DNA from: the human T2T-CHM13v2.0 reference genome, Homo sapiens
DNA length: 64,000 bases
Assembly: GCF_009914755.1 (NCBI RefSeq)
Contig: NC_060948.1
Strand: one strand, 5' to 3'
Shown piece after piece: positions 10,752 through 24,976 of the stretch. The stretch's first letter is position 1. Every line of letters begins with the position of its first letter. The translations under genes and the position numbers were made by a program. The notes beneath the pieces are model-generated. The model did no database searches and was not told the origin of the DNA. It was given only the letters and a program-made list of their open reading frames with translations.

Positions 10752-13700
10752 ATGGAGTGTTATGGAACGGACTCAAAAGGAATTGAATGTAATAGAATGG
10801 AGTGGAGTGGACTCGAATATAATGGACTGGAATGGAATGAAATCACATGGAATGGGAACGAATGGAATGGAATGGAAAGGAATGGAATCGAATGGAAAGG
10901 AATCGAATGGAAGGGAATGAAATTGAATCAACAGGAATGGAAGGGAATAGAATAGACGGTAATGGAATGGACTCGAATAGAATGGACACGAATGCTCAAA
11001 TTGAATGGACTCGAATGGAATGGAAACGAAAGGAATGTCATCGAATGGAATTGAATCGATTGGAATGAAATCGCATAGAATGGAGTGGAATCAAATGGAA
11101 TTGAATCGAAAGGAAAGGAAGCGAATGGACTGAAATGAAATGGAATGGAATTGAATGGAAAGTAATGCAATGGAATAGAATGGAACGAAATTTCACGGAA
11201 TGGAATCAAACTGAATGGAATCAAATCAATGGAATCAAATCAAATGGAATGGAAAGGAATTGAATGGAGTAGATTGGATTGGATGGGATTGGAATGAAAT
11301 GTACTGGAAAGGACTCGAATTTCATGAAACGGAATGGAATGAATTGGAACGGAATGGACTCGAATGGAATGGAATGTCATGGAATGGCATCAAATGGAAT
11401 GGCATCAAATGGAATGGAATCGAATGCAATGGAATGCTATGGAATGGAATGGAATGCATTGGAATGGAATGTCCTCTAATGGAATGGATTCGAGTGGAAT
11501 GGAATCGAATATAATGGAGTCGAATGAAATGGAATTGAAAGGAATGGGATCGAATACAATGGAATATACTGGAATGTAATGTAATGAACTCGAATGTAAT
11601 TGACTGGAATGGAATGTAATCGAATGGAAAGTAATCCAATGGAATAGAATCTAATGCAATAAAATCGACTCAGATAGAGTAGAATGTAATGGAATGGAGT
11701 GCAGTGCAATGGAATGGAATGGAATGGAATGCAATGGAATGGAATGGAATGGAATGGAATGGAATGGAATGGAATGGAATGGAATGGAATGGGATGGAAT
11801 GGTATGGAATGGATAGTAATGGACTGGAATGAAATGGACTGGAAAAGAATGGACTCAAATTGAAAGGGCTCGAAAGGAATGGAGTCAAATGGAATTGTCT
11901 GGAATGGAATGAACACGAATGTAATGCAATCCAATAGAATGGAATCGAATGGCATGTAATATAAAGAAATGGAATCGAAGAGAATGGAAACAAATGGAAT
12001 GGAATTGAATGGAATGGAATTGAATGGAATGGGAACGAATGGAGTGAAATTGTATGCAGTAGAAGAGAATAGAATGGAATGCAAGCGAAAGGAAAGGAAT
12101 GGATTGCAATGGAATGGAATTCATTGGAATGGAAGGGAATGTAGTGTAATGGACAGGCCTGGAATAAAGTGGAATGCTACGGTCTCGAATGGAATAAAAA
12201 TGTATGGAATGGAATGCAATGAAACGGAATCGAATGTCATAGAATGTAATGGAATGCAAAAAAATGGACTCCAAAATCATTGACTGGAAAGGCTGGGGGT
12301 CGAAAGGAATTGACTGCAATGGAATGGAATCGAATGGAATGGAAGTGAATAGAATCGAACTAAATCGAATGGAATGGAATTGATAGGAACGGAATGGAAA
12401 GGAATGCAATGATTTGGCATGGAATGGAATCGAATGGCATCAAATGGAATGGAATGGAATGCAATGGAATGGAATGTATTAGAATGTAATGAACATTAAT
12501 GGAATGTACTCGAATGGATTCGACTGGAATGGAATGTTCTGGAAGTGAATGGACTCCAATGGAATGGATTCGAAAGGAATGGAATCGAACGGAATGGAAT
12601 CTAATGGAATGGAATTAAATGGAAATGAATCAAATTGAATAGCACGGAATTGAATTGAATGGAATCGAATGCAATGGAATCTAATGAAACGGAAAGGAAA
12701 GAATGGAATGGAATGGAATGGGCTGGAATGGAAAGGAATCGAAACGAATGGAATGGAATCGAACTGAAGAGACTGGAATGGAATGCACTGGAATGGAAGG
12801 GAGTGTAATGGAAGGTTCTCGAAAAAAATGGAATCGAATGGAATGGAATTGAATGGAACGGAATAGAGTCGCATGGAATTGAATGGAGTGGAATGGACTA
12901 GAGTGAAATGGAATCGAACGAAAAGGAATGGACAGGAATGGAATGGTCTCGAATTGAATGGAATCGTATGGAATGGCATCAAACGGAATGGAATGGACAG
13001 CCACGGAATGGAATGCACTCGAATGCAATGGAGTCGAAACTAATGGACTGGAATAGAATGGACTCGACTGGTATGGACTCCAATGGAATGGAATCGAATG
13101 GAAGGGAATCGAACGGAATGGACTCGAAGGGAAAAGACTGCAATGGAAAGGTCTCGAATGGAATGGAAATTAATGGAATGGAATGGAATCGAATGAAATG
13201 GAGTCAAAAGGAATGGAATCGAATGGCAAGAAATCGAATGTAATGGAATTGCAAGGAATTGATGTGAACGGAACGGAATGGAATGGAATCCAAAGGAATG
13301 GAATAGAATGGAATGGAATCGAATGGAAAGGACTCGAATGGAAATCACTCGAATAGAATGAAATTTAATAAAATAGGATCAAATGTAATAGAATGGAATG
13401 GAAAGGAATCGAAACGGAAGGAATGGAGACAGATGGAATGGAATGGAACAGAGAGCAATGGTATAGAATGGAATGGAATCATCTGGAATGGAATTGAATG
13501 GAATGGAATAATATGAAATGGAATGGAATGGAATGGAATGGAATGGAATGCCCTTGAATTAAATGGACTGGACTCGAACAGAGTGGAATGGAAAGTGTTG
13601 AGATAGAATGGAATGGACTCCTTTGGAATGGTGTAGTATGCAATGCAATCGACTGGCAGGGAATCAAAAGGAATGTAATCGAATGGATTGGACTGGAATG

Positions 13701-14309
13701 CAATGGACTCGAATAGATTGGAAACGGAATGCAAAGGAATGGAATGGAATAGTATGGAATGCAATGGAAGGGAATGGAGTGGAATAGACTAGAGTGGAAT
13801 GGAATGGACTGGAAAGCAATGGACTGGAATGGAACTTTCTTGGATGGACTGGAATCAAACGGAATGGAATGCAATGCAATCAAATGGCATGGAATAAAAT
13901 AGAATGAAAGAGAATCAAATGGAATTGAATCGAATGGAATCGAATGGATTGGAAAGGAATAGAATGGAATGGAATGGAATTGACTCAAATGGAATGGACT
14001 AGAATGGAATGGATTCGAATGGAAGGCAAAGGAATGGAATCTATTGGAATGGACTGTAATGGAATGGAATGGAAGGGATTGGAATGGACTCGAATGGAAT
14101 GTACTGCAATAGAAAGGATTCGAATGGAATGAAAAAGAATTGAATGGAATAGAACAGAATGGAATCAAATCGAATGGAATGGAATGGAATAGAAAGGAAT
14201 GGAATGAAATGGAATGGAAAGGATTCGAATGGAATGCAATCGAATGGAATGGAATCGAACGGAATGGAATAAAATGGAAGAAAACTGGCAAGAAATGGAA
14301 TCGAAATGA
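10752..14309 (+). repeat. Higher-order unit 4 (3558 bp), mosaic
   Basis: Start resembles units 2/3, middle resembles unit 1 (same 1-bp deletion at 12700/12701), end resembles units 5/6 (10-bp deletion near 13570). Confidence 0.9.
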
Positions 14310-17300
14310 ATGGAGTGTTATGGAATGGACTCAAAAGGAATTGAATGTAATAGAATGGAGTGGAGTGGACTCGAATATAATGGACTGGAATGGAATGAAA
14401 TCACATGGAATGGGAACGAATGGAATGGAATGGAAAGGAATGGAATCGAATGGAAAGGAATCGAATGGAAGGGAATGAAATTGAATCAACAGGAATGGGA
14501 GGGAATAGAATAGACTGTAATGGAATGGACTCGAATAGAATGGACACGAATGCTCAAATTAAATTGACTCGAATGGAATGGAAACGAAAGGAATGTCATC
14601 GAATGGAATTGAATCGATTGGAATGAAATCGCATAGAATGGAGTGGAATCAAATGGAATTGAATCGAAAGGAAAGGAAGCGAATGGACTGAAATGAAATG
14701 GAATGGAATTGAATGGAAAGTAATGCAATGGAATAGAATGGAACGAAATTTCACGGAATGGAATCAAACTGAATGGAATCAAATCAATGGAATCAAATCA
14801 AATGGAATTGAAAGGAATTGAATGGAGTAGATGGGATTGGATGGGATTGGAATGAAATGTACTGGAAAGGACTCGAATTTCATGAAACGGAATGGAATGA
14901 ATTGGAAAGGAATGGACTCGAATGGAATGGAATGTCATGGAATGGCATCAAATGGAATGGCATCAAATGGAATGGAATCGAATGCAATGGAATGCTGTGG
15001 AATGGAATGGAATGCATTGGAATGGAATGTCCTCTAATGGAATGGATTCGAGTGGAATGGAATTGAATATAATGGAGTCGAATGAAATGGAATTGAAAGG
15101 AATGGGATCGAATACAATGGAATATACTGGAATGTAACGTAATGAACTCGAATGTAATTGACTGGAATGGAATGTACATGAATGGAATGTAATCGAATGG
15201 AAAGTAGTCCAATGGAATAGAATCTAATGCAATAAAATCGACTCAGATAGAGTAGAATGTAATGGAATGGAGTGCAGTGCAATGGAATGGAATGGAATGG
15301 AATGCAATGGAATGGAATGGAATGGAATGGAATGGAATGGAATGGGATGGAATGGTATGGAATGGATAGTAATGGACTGGAGTGAAATGGACTGGAAAGG
15401 AATGGACTCAAATTGAAAGGTCTCGAAAGGAATGGAGTCAAATGGAATGGTCTGGAATGGAATGAACACGAATGTAATGCAATCCAATAGAATGGAATCG
15501 AATGGCATGGAATATAAAGAAATGGAATCGAAGAGAATGGAAACAAATGGAATGAAATTGAATGGAATGGAATTGAATGGAATGTGAACGAATGGAGTGA
15601 AATTGTATGCAGTAGAAGAGAATAGAATGGAATGCAAGCGAAAGGAAAGGAATGGATTGGAATGGAATGGAATTCATTGGAATGGAAGGGAATGTAGTGT
15701 AATGGACAGGCCTGGAATAAAGTGGAATGCTACGGTCTCGAATGGAATAAAAATGTATGGAATGGAATGCAATGAAACGGAATCGAATGTCATAGAATGT
15801 AATGGAATGCAAAAAAATGGAATCCAAAATCATTGAATGGAAAGGCTGGGTGTCGAAAGGAATTGACTCCAATGGAATGGAATCGAATGGAATGGAAGTG
15901 AATAGAATCGAACTAAATCGAATGGAATGGAATTGATAGGAACGGAATGGAAAGGATTGCAATGATTTGGCATGGAATGGAATCGAATGGCATCGAATGG
16001 AATGGAATGGAATGCAATGGAATGGAATGTATTAGAATGTAATGAACTTTAATGGAATGTACTCGAATGGATTCGACTGGAATGGAATGTTCTGGAAGTG
16101 AATGGACTCCAATGGAATGGATTCAAAAGGAATGGAATCGTACGGAATGGAATCTAATGGAATGGAATTAAATGGAAATGAATCAAATTGAATAGCACGG
16201 AATTGAATTGAATGGAATGGAATGCAATGGAATCTAATGAAACGGAAAGGAAAGGAATGGAATGGAATGGAATGGGCTGGAATGGAAAGGAATCGAAACG
16301 AATGGAATGGAATCGAAGTGAAGAGACTGGAATGGTATGCACTGGAATGGAAGGGAGTGTAATGGAAGGTTCTCGAAAAAAATGGAATCGAATGGAATGG
16401 AATTGAATGGAACGGAATAGAGTCGAATGGAATTGAATGGAATGGAATGGACTAGAGTGAAATGGAATCGAACCACAAGGAATGGACAGGAATAGAATGG
16501 TCTCGAATTGAATGGAATCGTATGGAATGGCATCAAACGGAATGGAATGGACAGCCACGGAATGGAATGCACTCGAATGCAATGGAGTCGAAACTAATGG
16601 ACTGGAATAGAATGGACTCGACTGGTATGGACTCCAATGGAATGGAATCGAATGGAAGGGAATCGAACGGAATGGACTCGAAGGGAAAAGACTGCAATGG
16701 AAAGGTCTCGAATGGAATGGAAATTAATGGAATGGAATGGAATCGAATGAAATGGAGTCAAAAGGAATGGAATCGAATGGCAAGAAATCGAATGTAATGG
16801 AATCGCAAGGAATTGATGTGAACGGAACGGAATGGAATGGAATCCAAAGGAATGGAATAGAATGGAATGGAATCGAATGGAAAGGACTCGAATGGAAATC
16901 ACTCGAATAGAATGAAATTTAATAAAATAGGATCAAATGTAATAGAATGGAATGGAAAGGAATCGAAACGGAAGGAATGGAGACAGATGGAATGGAATGG
17001 AACAGAGAGCAATGGTATAGAATGGAATGGAATCATCTGGAATGGAATTGAATGGAATGGAATAATATGAAATGGAATGGAATGGAATGGAATGGAATGG
17101 AATGCCCTTGAATTAAATGGACTGGACTCGAACAGAGTGGAATGGAAAGTGTTGAGATAGAATGGAATGGACTCCTTTGGAATGGTGTAGTATGCAATGC
17201 AATCGACTGGCAGGGAATCAAAAGGAATGTAATCGAATGGATTGGACTGGAATGCAATGGACTCGAATAGATTGGAAACGGAATGCAAAGGAATGGAATG

Positions 17301-17863
17301 GAATAGTATGGAATGCAATGGAAGGGAATGGAGTGGAATAGACTAGAGTGGAATGGAATGGACTGGAAAGCAATGGACTGGAATGGAACTTTCTTGGATG
17401 GACTGGAATCAAACGGAATGGAATGCAATGCAATCAAATGGCATGGAATAAAATAGAATGAAAGAGAATCAAATGGAATTGAATCGAATGGAATCGAATG
17501 GATTGGAAAGGAATAGAATGGAATGGAATGGAATTGACTCAAATGGAATGGACTAGAATGGAATGGATTCGAATGGAAGGCAAAGGAATGGAATCTATTG
17601 GAATGGACTGTAATGGAATGGAATGGAAGGGATTGGAATGGACTCGAATGGAATGGACTGCAATAGAAAGGATTCGAATGGAATGAAAAAGAATTGAATG
17701 GAATAGAACAGAATGGAATCAAATCGAATGGAATGGAATGGAATAGAAAGGAATGGAATGAAATGGAATGGAAAGGATTCGAATGGAATGCAATCGAATG
17801 GAATGGAATCGAACGGAATGGAATAAAATGGAAGAAAACTGGCAAGAAATGGAATCGAAATGA
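14310..17863 (+). repeat. Higher-order unit 5 (3554 bp)
   Basis: Landmark spacing. Diagnostic variants gggaggg, gctgtgg, aatgtgaacg and the 10-bp deletion near 17125. Confidence 0.92.
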
Positions 17864-20800
17864 ATGGAGTGTTATGGAATGGACTCAAAAGGAATTGAAT
17901 GTAATAGAATGGAGTGGAGTGGACTCGAATATAATGGACTGGAATGGAATGAAATCACATGGAATGGGAACGAATGGAATGGAATGGAAAGGAATGGAAT
18001 CGAATGGAAAGGAATCGAATGGAAGGGAATGAAATTGAATCAACAGGAATGGGAGGGAATAGAATAGACTGTAATGGAATGGACTCGAATAGAATGGACA
18101 CGAATGCTCAAATTAAATTGACTCGAATGGAATGGAAACGAAAGGAATGTCATCGAATGGAATTGAATCGATTGGAATGAAATCGCATAGAATGGAGTGG
18201 AATCAAATGGAATTGAATCGAAAGGAAAGGAAGCGAATGGACTGAAATGAAATGGAATGGAATTGAATGGAAAGTAATGCAATGGAATAGAATGGAACGA
18301 AATTTCACGGAATGGAATCAAACTGAATGGAATCAAATCAATGGAATCAAATCAAATGGAATTGAAAGGAATTGAATGGAGTAGATGGGATTGGATGGGA
18401 TTGGAATGAAATGTACTGGAAAGGACTCGAATTTCATGAAACGGAATGGAATGAATTGGAAAGGAATGGACTCGAATGGAATGGAATGTCATGGAATGGC
18501 ATCAAATGGAATGGCATCAAATGGAATGGAATCGAATGCAATGGAATGCTGTGGAATGGAATGGAATGCATTGGAATGGAATGTCCTCTAATGGAATGGA
18601 TTCGAGTGGAATGGAATTGAATATAATGGAGTCGAATGAAATGGAATTGAAAGGAATGGGATCGAATACAATGGAATATACTGGAATGTAACGTAATGAA
18701 CTCGAATGTAATTGACTGGAATGGAATGTACATGAATGGAATGTAATCGAATGGAAAGTAGTCCAATGGAATAGAATCTAATGCAATAAAATCGACTCAG
18801 ATAGAGTAGAATGTAATGGAATGGAGTGCAGTGCAATGGAATGGAATGGAATGGAATGCAATGGAATGGAATGGAATGGAATGGAATGGAATGGAATGGG
18901 ATGGAATGGTATGGAATGGATAGTAATGGACTGGAGTGAAATGGACTGGAAAGGAATGGACTCAAATTGAAAGGTCTCGAAAGGAATGGAGTCAAATGGA
19001 ATGGTCTGGAATGGAATGAACACGAATGTAATGCAATCCAATAGAATGGAATCGAATGGCATGGAATATAAAGAAATGGAATCGAAGAGAATGGAAACAA
19101 ATGGAATGAAATTGAATGGAATGGAATTGAATGGAATGTGAACGAATGGAGTGAAATTGTATGCAGTAGAAGAGAATAGAATGGAATGCAAGCGAAAGGA
19201 AAGGAATGGATTGGAATGGAATGGAATTCATTGGAATGGAAGGGAATGTAGTGTAATGGACAGGCCTGGAATAAAGTGGAATGCTACGGTCTCGCATGGA
19301 ATAAAAATGTATGGAATGGAATGCAATGAAACGGAATCGAATGTCATAGAATGTAATGGAATGCAAAAAAATGGAATCCAAAATCATTGAATGGAAAGGC
19401 TGGGTGTCGAAAGGAATTGACTCCAATGGAATGGAATCGAATGGAATGGAAGTGAATAGAATCGAACTAAATCGAATGGAATGGAATTGATAGGAACGGA
19501 ATGGAAAGGATTGCAATGATTTGGCATGGAATGGAATCGAATGGCATCGAATGGAATGGAATGGAATGCAATGGAATGGAATGTATTAGAATGTAATGAA
19601 CTTTAATGGAATGTACTCGAATGGATTCGACTGGAATGGAATGTTCTGGAAGTGAATGGACTCCAATGGAATGGATTCAAAAGGAATGGAATCGTACGGA
19701 ATGGAATCTAATGGAATGGAATTAAATGGAAATGAATCAAATTGAATAGCACGGAATTGAATTGAATGGAATGGAATGCAATGGAATCTAATGAAACGGA
19801 AAGGAAAGGAATGGAATGGAATGGAATGGGCTGGAATGGAAAGGAATCGAAACGAATGGAATGGAATCGAAGTGAAGAGACTGGAATGGTATGCACTGGA
19901 ATGGAAGGGAGTGTAATGGAAGGTTCTCGAAAAAAATGGAATCGAATGGAATGGAATTGAATGGAACGGAATAGAGTCGAATGGAATTGAATGGAATGGA
20001 ATGGACTAGAGTGAAATGGAATCGAACCACAAGGAATGGACAGGAATAGAATGGTCTCGAATTGAATGGAATCGTATGGAATGGCATCAAACGGAATGGA
20101 ATGGACAGCCACGGAATGGAATGCACTCGAATGCAATGGAGTCGAAACTAATGGACTGGAATAGAATGGACTCGACTGGTACGGACTCCAATGGAATGGA
20201 ATCGAATGGAAGGGAATCGAACGTAATGGACTCGAAGGGAAAAGACTGCAATGGAAAGGTCTCGAATGGAATGGAAATTAATGGAATGGAATGGAATCGA
20301 ATGAAATGGAGTCAAAAGGAATGGAATCGAATGGCAAGAAATCGAATGTAATGGAATCGCAAGGAATTGATGTGAACGGAACGGAATGGAATGGAATCCA
20401 AAGGAATGGAATAGAATGGAATGGAAACGAATGGAAAGGACTCCAATGGAAATCACTCGAATAGAATGCAATTTAATAAAATAGGATCAAATGTAATAGA
20501 ATGGAACGGAAAGGAATCGAAACGGAAGGAATGGAGACAGATGGAATGGAATGGAACAGAGAGCAATGGTATAGAATGGAATGGAATCATCTGGAATGGA
20601 ATTGAATGGAATGGAATGATATGAAATGGAATGGAATGGAATGGAATGGAATGCCCTTGAATTAAATGGACTGGACTCGAACAGAGTGGAATGGAAAGTG
20701 TTGAGATAGAATGGAATGGACTCCTTTGGAATGGTGTAGTATGCAATGCAATCGACTGGCAGGGAATCAAAAGGAATGTAATCGAATGGATTGGACTGGA

Positions 20801-21412
20801 ATGCAATGGACTCGAATAGATTGGAAACGGAATGCAAAGGAATGGAATGGAATAGTATGGAATGCAATGGAAGGGAATGGAGTGGAATAGACTAGAGTGG
20901 AATGGAATGGACTGGAAAGCAATGGAGTGGAATGGAACTTTCTTGGATGGACTGGAATCAAACGGAATGGAATGCAATGCAATCAAATGGCATGGAATAA
21001 AATAGAATGAAAGAGAATCAAATGGAATTGAATCGAACGGAATCGAATGGATTGGAAAGGAATAGAATGGAATGGAATGGAATTGACTCAAATGGAATGG
21101 ACTAGAATGGAATGGATTCGAATGGAAGGCAAAGGAATGGAATCTATTGGAATGGACTGTAATGGAATGGAATGGAAGGGATTGGAATGGACTCGAATGG
21201 AATGGACTGCAATAGAAAGGATTCGAATGGAATGAAAAAGAATTGAATGGAATAGAACAGAATGGAATCAAATCGAATGGAATGGAATGGAATAGAAAGG
21301 AATGGAATGAAATGGAATGGAAAGGATTCGAATGGAATGCAATCGAATGGAATGGAATCGAACGGAATGGAATAAAATGGAAGAAAACTGGCAAGAAATG
21401 GAATCGAAATGA
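17864..21412 (+). repeat. Higher-order unit 6 (3549 bp)
   Basis: Landmark spacing. First ~2.2 kb nearly identical to unit 5. Confidence 0.92.
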
Positions 21413-24400
21413 ATGGAGTGTTATGGAACGGACTCAAAAGGAATTGAATGTAATAGAATGGAGTGGAGTGGACTCGAATATAATGGACTGGAATGGAATG
21501 AAATCACATGGAATGGGAACGAATGGAATGGAATGGAAAGGAATGGAATCGAATGGAAAGGAATCGAATGGAAGGGAATGAAATTGAATCAACAGGAATG
21601 GAAGGGAATAGAATAGACTGTAATGGAATGGACTCGAATAGAATGGACACGAATGCTCAAATTAAATGGACTCGAATGGAATGGAAACGAAAGGAATGTC
21701 ATCGAATGGAATTGAATCGATTGGAATGAAATCGCATAGAATGGAGTGGAATCAAATGGAATTGAATCGAAAGGAAAGGAAGCGAATGGACTGAAATGAA
21801 ATGGAATGGAATTGAATGGAAAGTAATGCAATGGAATAGAATGGAACGAAATTTCACGGAATGGAATCAAACTGAATGGAATCAAATCAATGGAATCAAA
21901 TCAAATGGAATGGAAAGGAATTGAATGGAGTAGATGGGATTGGATGGGATTGGAATGAAATGTACTGGAAAGGACTCGAATTTCATGAAACGGAATGGAA
22001 TGAATTGGAACGGAATGGACTCGAATGGAATGGAATGTCATGGAATGGCATCAAATGGAATGGCATCAAATGGAATGGAATCGAATGCAATGGAATGCTA
22101 TGGAATGGAATGGAATGCATTGGAATGGAATGTCCTCTAATGGAATGGATTCGAGTGGAATGGAATTGAATGTAATGGAGTCGAATGAAATGGAATTGAA
22201 AGGAATGGGATCGAATACAATGGAATATACTGGAATGTAACGTAATGAACTCGAATGTAATTGACTGGAATGGAATGTACATGAATGGAATGTAATCGAA
22301 TGGAAAGTAATCCAATGGAATAGAATCTAATGCAATAAAATCGACTCAGATAGAGTAGAATGTAATGGAATGGAGTGCAGTGCAATGGAATGGAATGGAA
22401 TGGAATGCAATGGAATGGAATGGAATGGAATGGAATGGAATGGAATGGAATGGGATGGAATGGTATGGAATGGATAGTAATGGACTGGAATGAAATGGAC
22501 TGGAAAAGAATGGACTCAAATTGAAAGGGCTCGAAAGGAATGGAGTCAAATGGAATGGTCTGGAATGGAATGAACACGAATGTAATGCAATCCAATAGAA
22601 TGGAATCGAATGGCATGGAATATAAAGAAATGGAATCGAAGAGAATGGAAACAAATGGAATGGAATTGAATGGAATGGAATTGAATGGAATGGGAACGAA
22701 TGGAGTGAAATTGTATGCAGTAGAAGAGAATAGAATGGAATGCAAGCGAAAGGAAAGGAATGGATTGGAATGGAATGGAATTCATTGGAATGGAAGGGAA
22801 TGTAGTGTAATGGACAGGCCTGGAATAAAGTGGAATGCTACGGTCTCGAATGGAATAAAAATGTATGGAATGGAATGCAATGAAACGGAATCGAATGTCA
22901 TAGAATGTAATGGAATGCAAAAAAATGGAATCCAAAATCATTGACTGGAAAGGCTGGGTGTCGAAAGGAATTGACTCCAATGGAATGGAATCGAATGGAA
23001 TGGAAGTGAATAGAATCGAACTAAATCGAATGGAATGGAATTGATAGGAACGGAATGGAAAGGAATGCAATGATTTGGCATGGAATGGAATCGAATGGCA
23101 TCGAATGGAATGGAATGGAATGCAATGGAATGGAATGTATTAGAATGTAATGAACATTAATGGAATGTACTCGAATGGATTCGACTGGAATGGAATGTTC
23201 TGGAAGTGAATGGACTCCAATGGAATGGATTCGAAAGGAATGGAATCGAACGGAATGGAATCTAATGGAATGGAATTAAATGGAAATGAATCAAATTGAA
23301 TAGCACGGAATTGAATTGAATGGAATGGAATGCAATGGAATCTAATGAAACGGAAAGGAAAGGAATGGAATGGAATGGAATGGGCTGGAATGGAAAGGAA
23401 TCGAAACGAATGGAATGGAATCGAACTGAAGAGACTGGAATGGAATGCACTGGAATGGAAGGGAGTGTAATGGAAGGTTCTCGAAAATAATGGAAGCAAA
23501 TGGAATGGAATTGAATGGAACGGAATAGAGTCGAATGGAATTGAATGGAATGGAATGGACTAGAGTGAAATGGAATCGAACCACAAGGAATGGACAGGAA
23601 TAGAATGGTCTCGAATTGAATGGAATCGTATGGAATGGCATCAAACGGAATGGAATGGACAGCCACGGAATGGAATGCACTCGAATGCAATGGAGTCGAA
23701 ACTTATGGACTGGAATAGAATGGACTCGACTGGTACGGACTCCAATGGAATGGAATCGAATGGAAGGGATTCGAACGGAATGGACTCGAAGGGAAAAGAC
23801 TGCAATGGATAGGTCTCGAATGGAATGGAAATTAATGGAATGGAATGGAATCGAATGAAATGGAGTCAAAAGGAATGGAATCGAATGGCAAGAAATCGAA
23901 TGTAATGGAATCGCAAGGAATTGATGTGAACGGAACGGAATGGAATGGAATCCAAAGGAATGGAATAGAATGGAATGGAATCGAATGGAAAGGACTCGAA
24001 TGGAAATCACTCGAATAGAATGAAATTTAATAAAATAGGATCAAATGTAATTGAATGGAATGGAAAGGAATCGAAACGAAAGGAATGGAGACAGATGGAA
24101 TGGAATGGAACAGAGAGCAATGGTATAGAATGGAATGGAATCATCTGGAATGGAATTGAATGGAATGGAATAATATGAAATGGAATGGAATGGAATGGAA
24201 TGGAATGCCCTTGAATTAAATGGACTGGAATGGAATGGACTCGAACAGAGTGGAATGGAAAGTGTTGAGATAGAATGGAATGGACTCCTTTGGAATGGTC
24301 TAGTATGCAATGCAATCGACTGGCAGGGAATCAAAAGGAATGTAATCGAATGGATTAGACTGGAATGCAATGGACTCGAATAGATTGGAAACGGAATGCA

Positions 24401-24976
24401 AAGGAATGGAATGGAATAGTATGGAATGGAATGGAAAGGAATGGAGTGGAATAGACTAGAGTGGAATGGAATGGACTGGAAAGCAATGGACTGGAATGGA
24501 ACTTTCTTGAATGGACTGGAATCAAACGGAATGGAATGCAATGCAATCAAATGGCATGGAATAAAATAGAATGAAAGAGAATCAAATGGAATTGAATCGA
24601 ATGGAATCGAATGGATTGGAAAGGAATAGAATGGAATGGAATGGAATGGACTCAAATGGAATGGACTAGAATGGAATGGATTCGAATGGAAGGCAAAGGA
24701 ATGGAATCTATTGGAATGGACTGTAATGGAATGGAATGGAAGGGATTGGAATGGACTCGAATGGAATGGACTGCAATAGAAAGGATTCGAATGGAATGAA
24801 AAAGAATTGAATGGAATAGAACAGAATGGAATCAAATCGAATGAAATGGAATGGAATAGAAAGGAATGGAATGAAATGGAATGGAAAGGATTCGAATGGA
24901 ATGCAATCGAATGGAATGGAATCGAACGGAATGGAATAAAATGGAAGAAAACTGGCAAGAAATGGAATCGAAATGA
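21413..24976 (+). repeat. Higher-order unit 7 (3564 bp)
   Basis: Landmark spacing equals the canonical DYZ1 length. First unit with aaaataatggaagcaaat and acttatgg. Confidence 0.92.
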
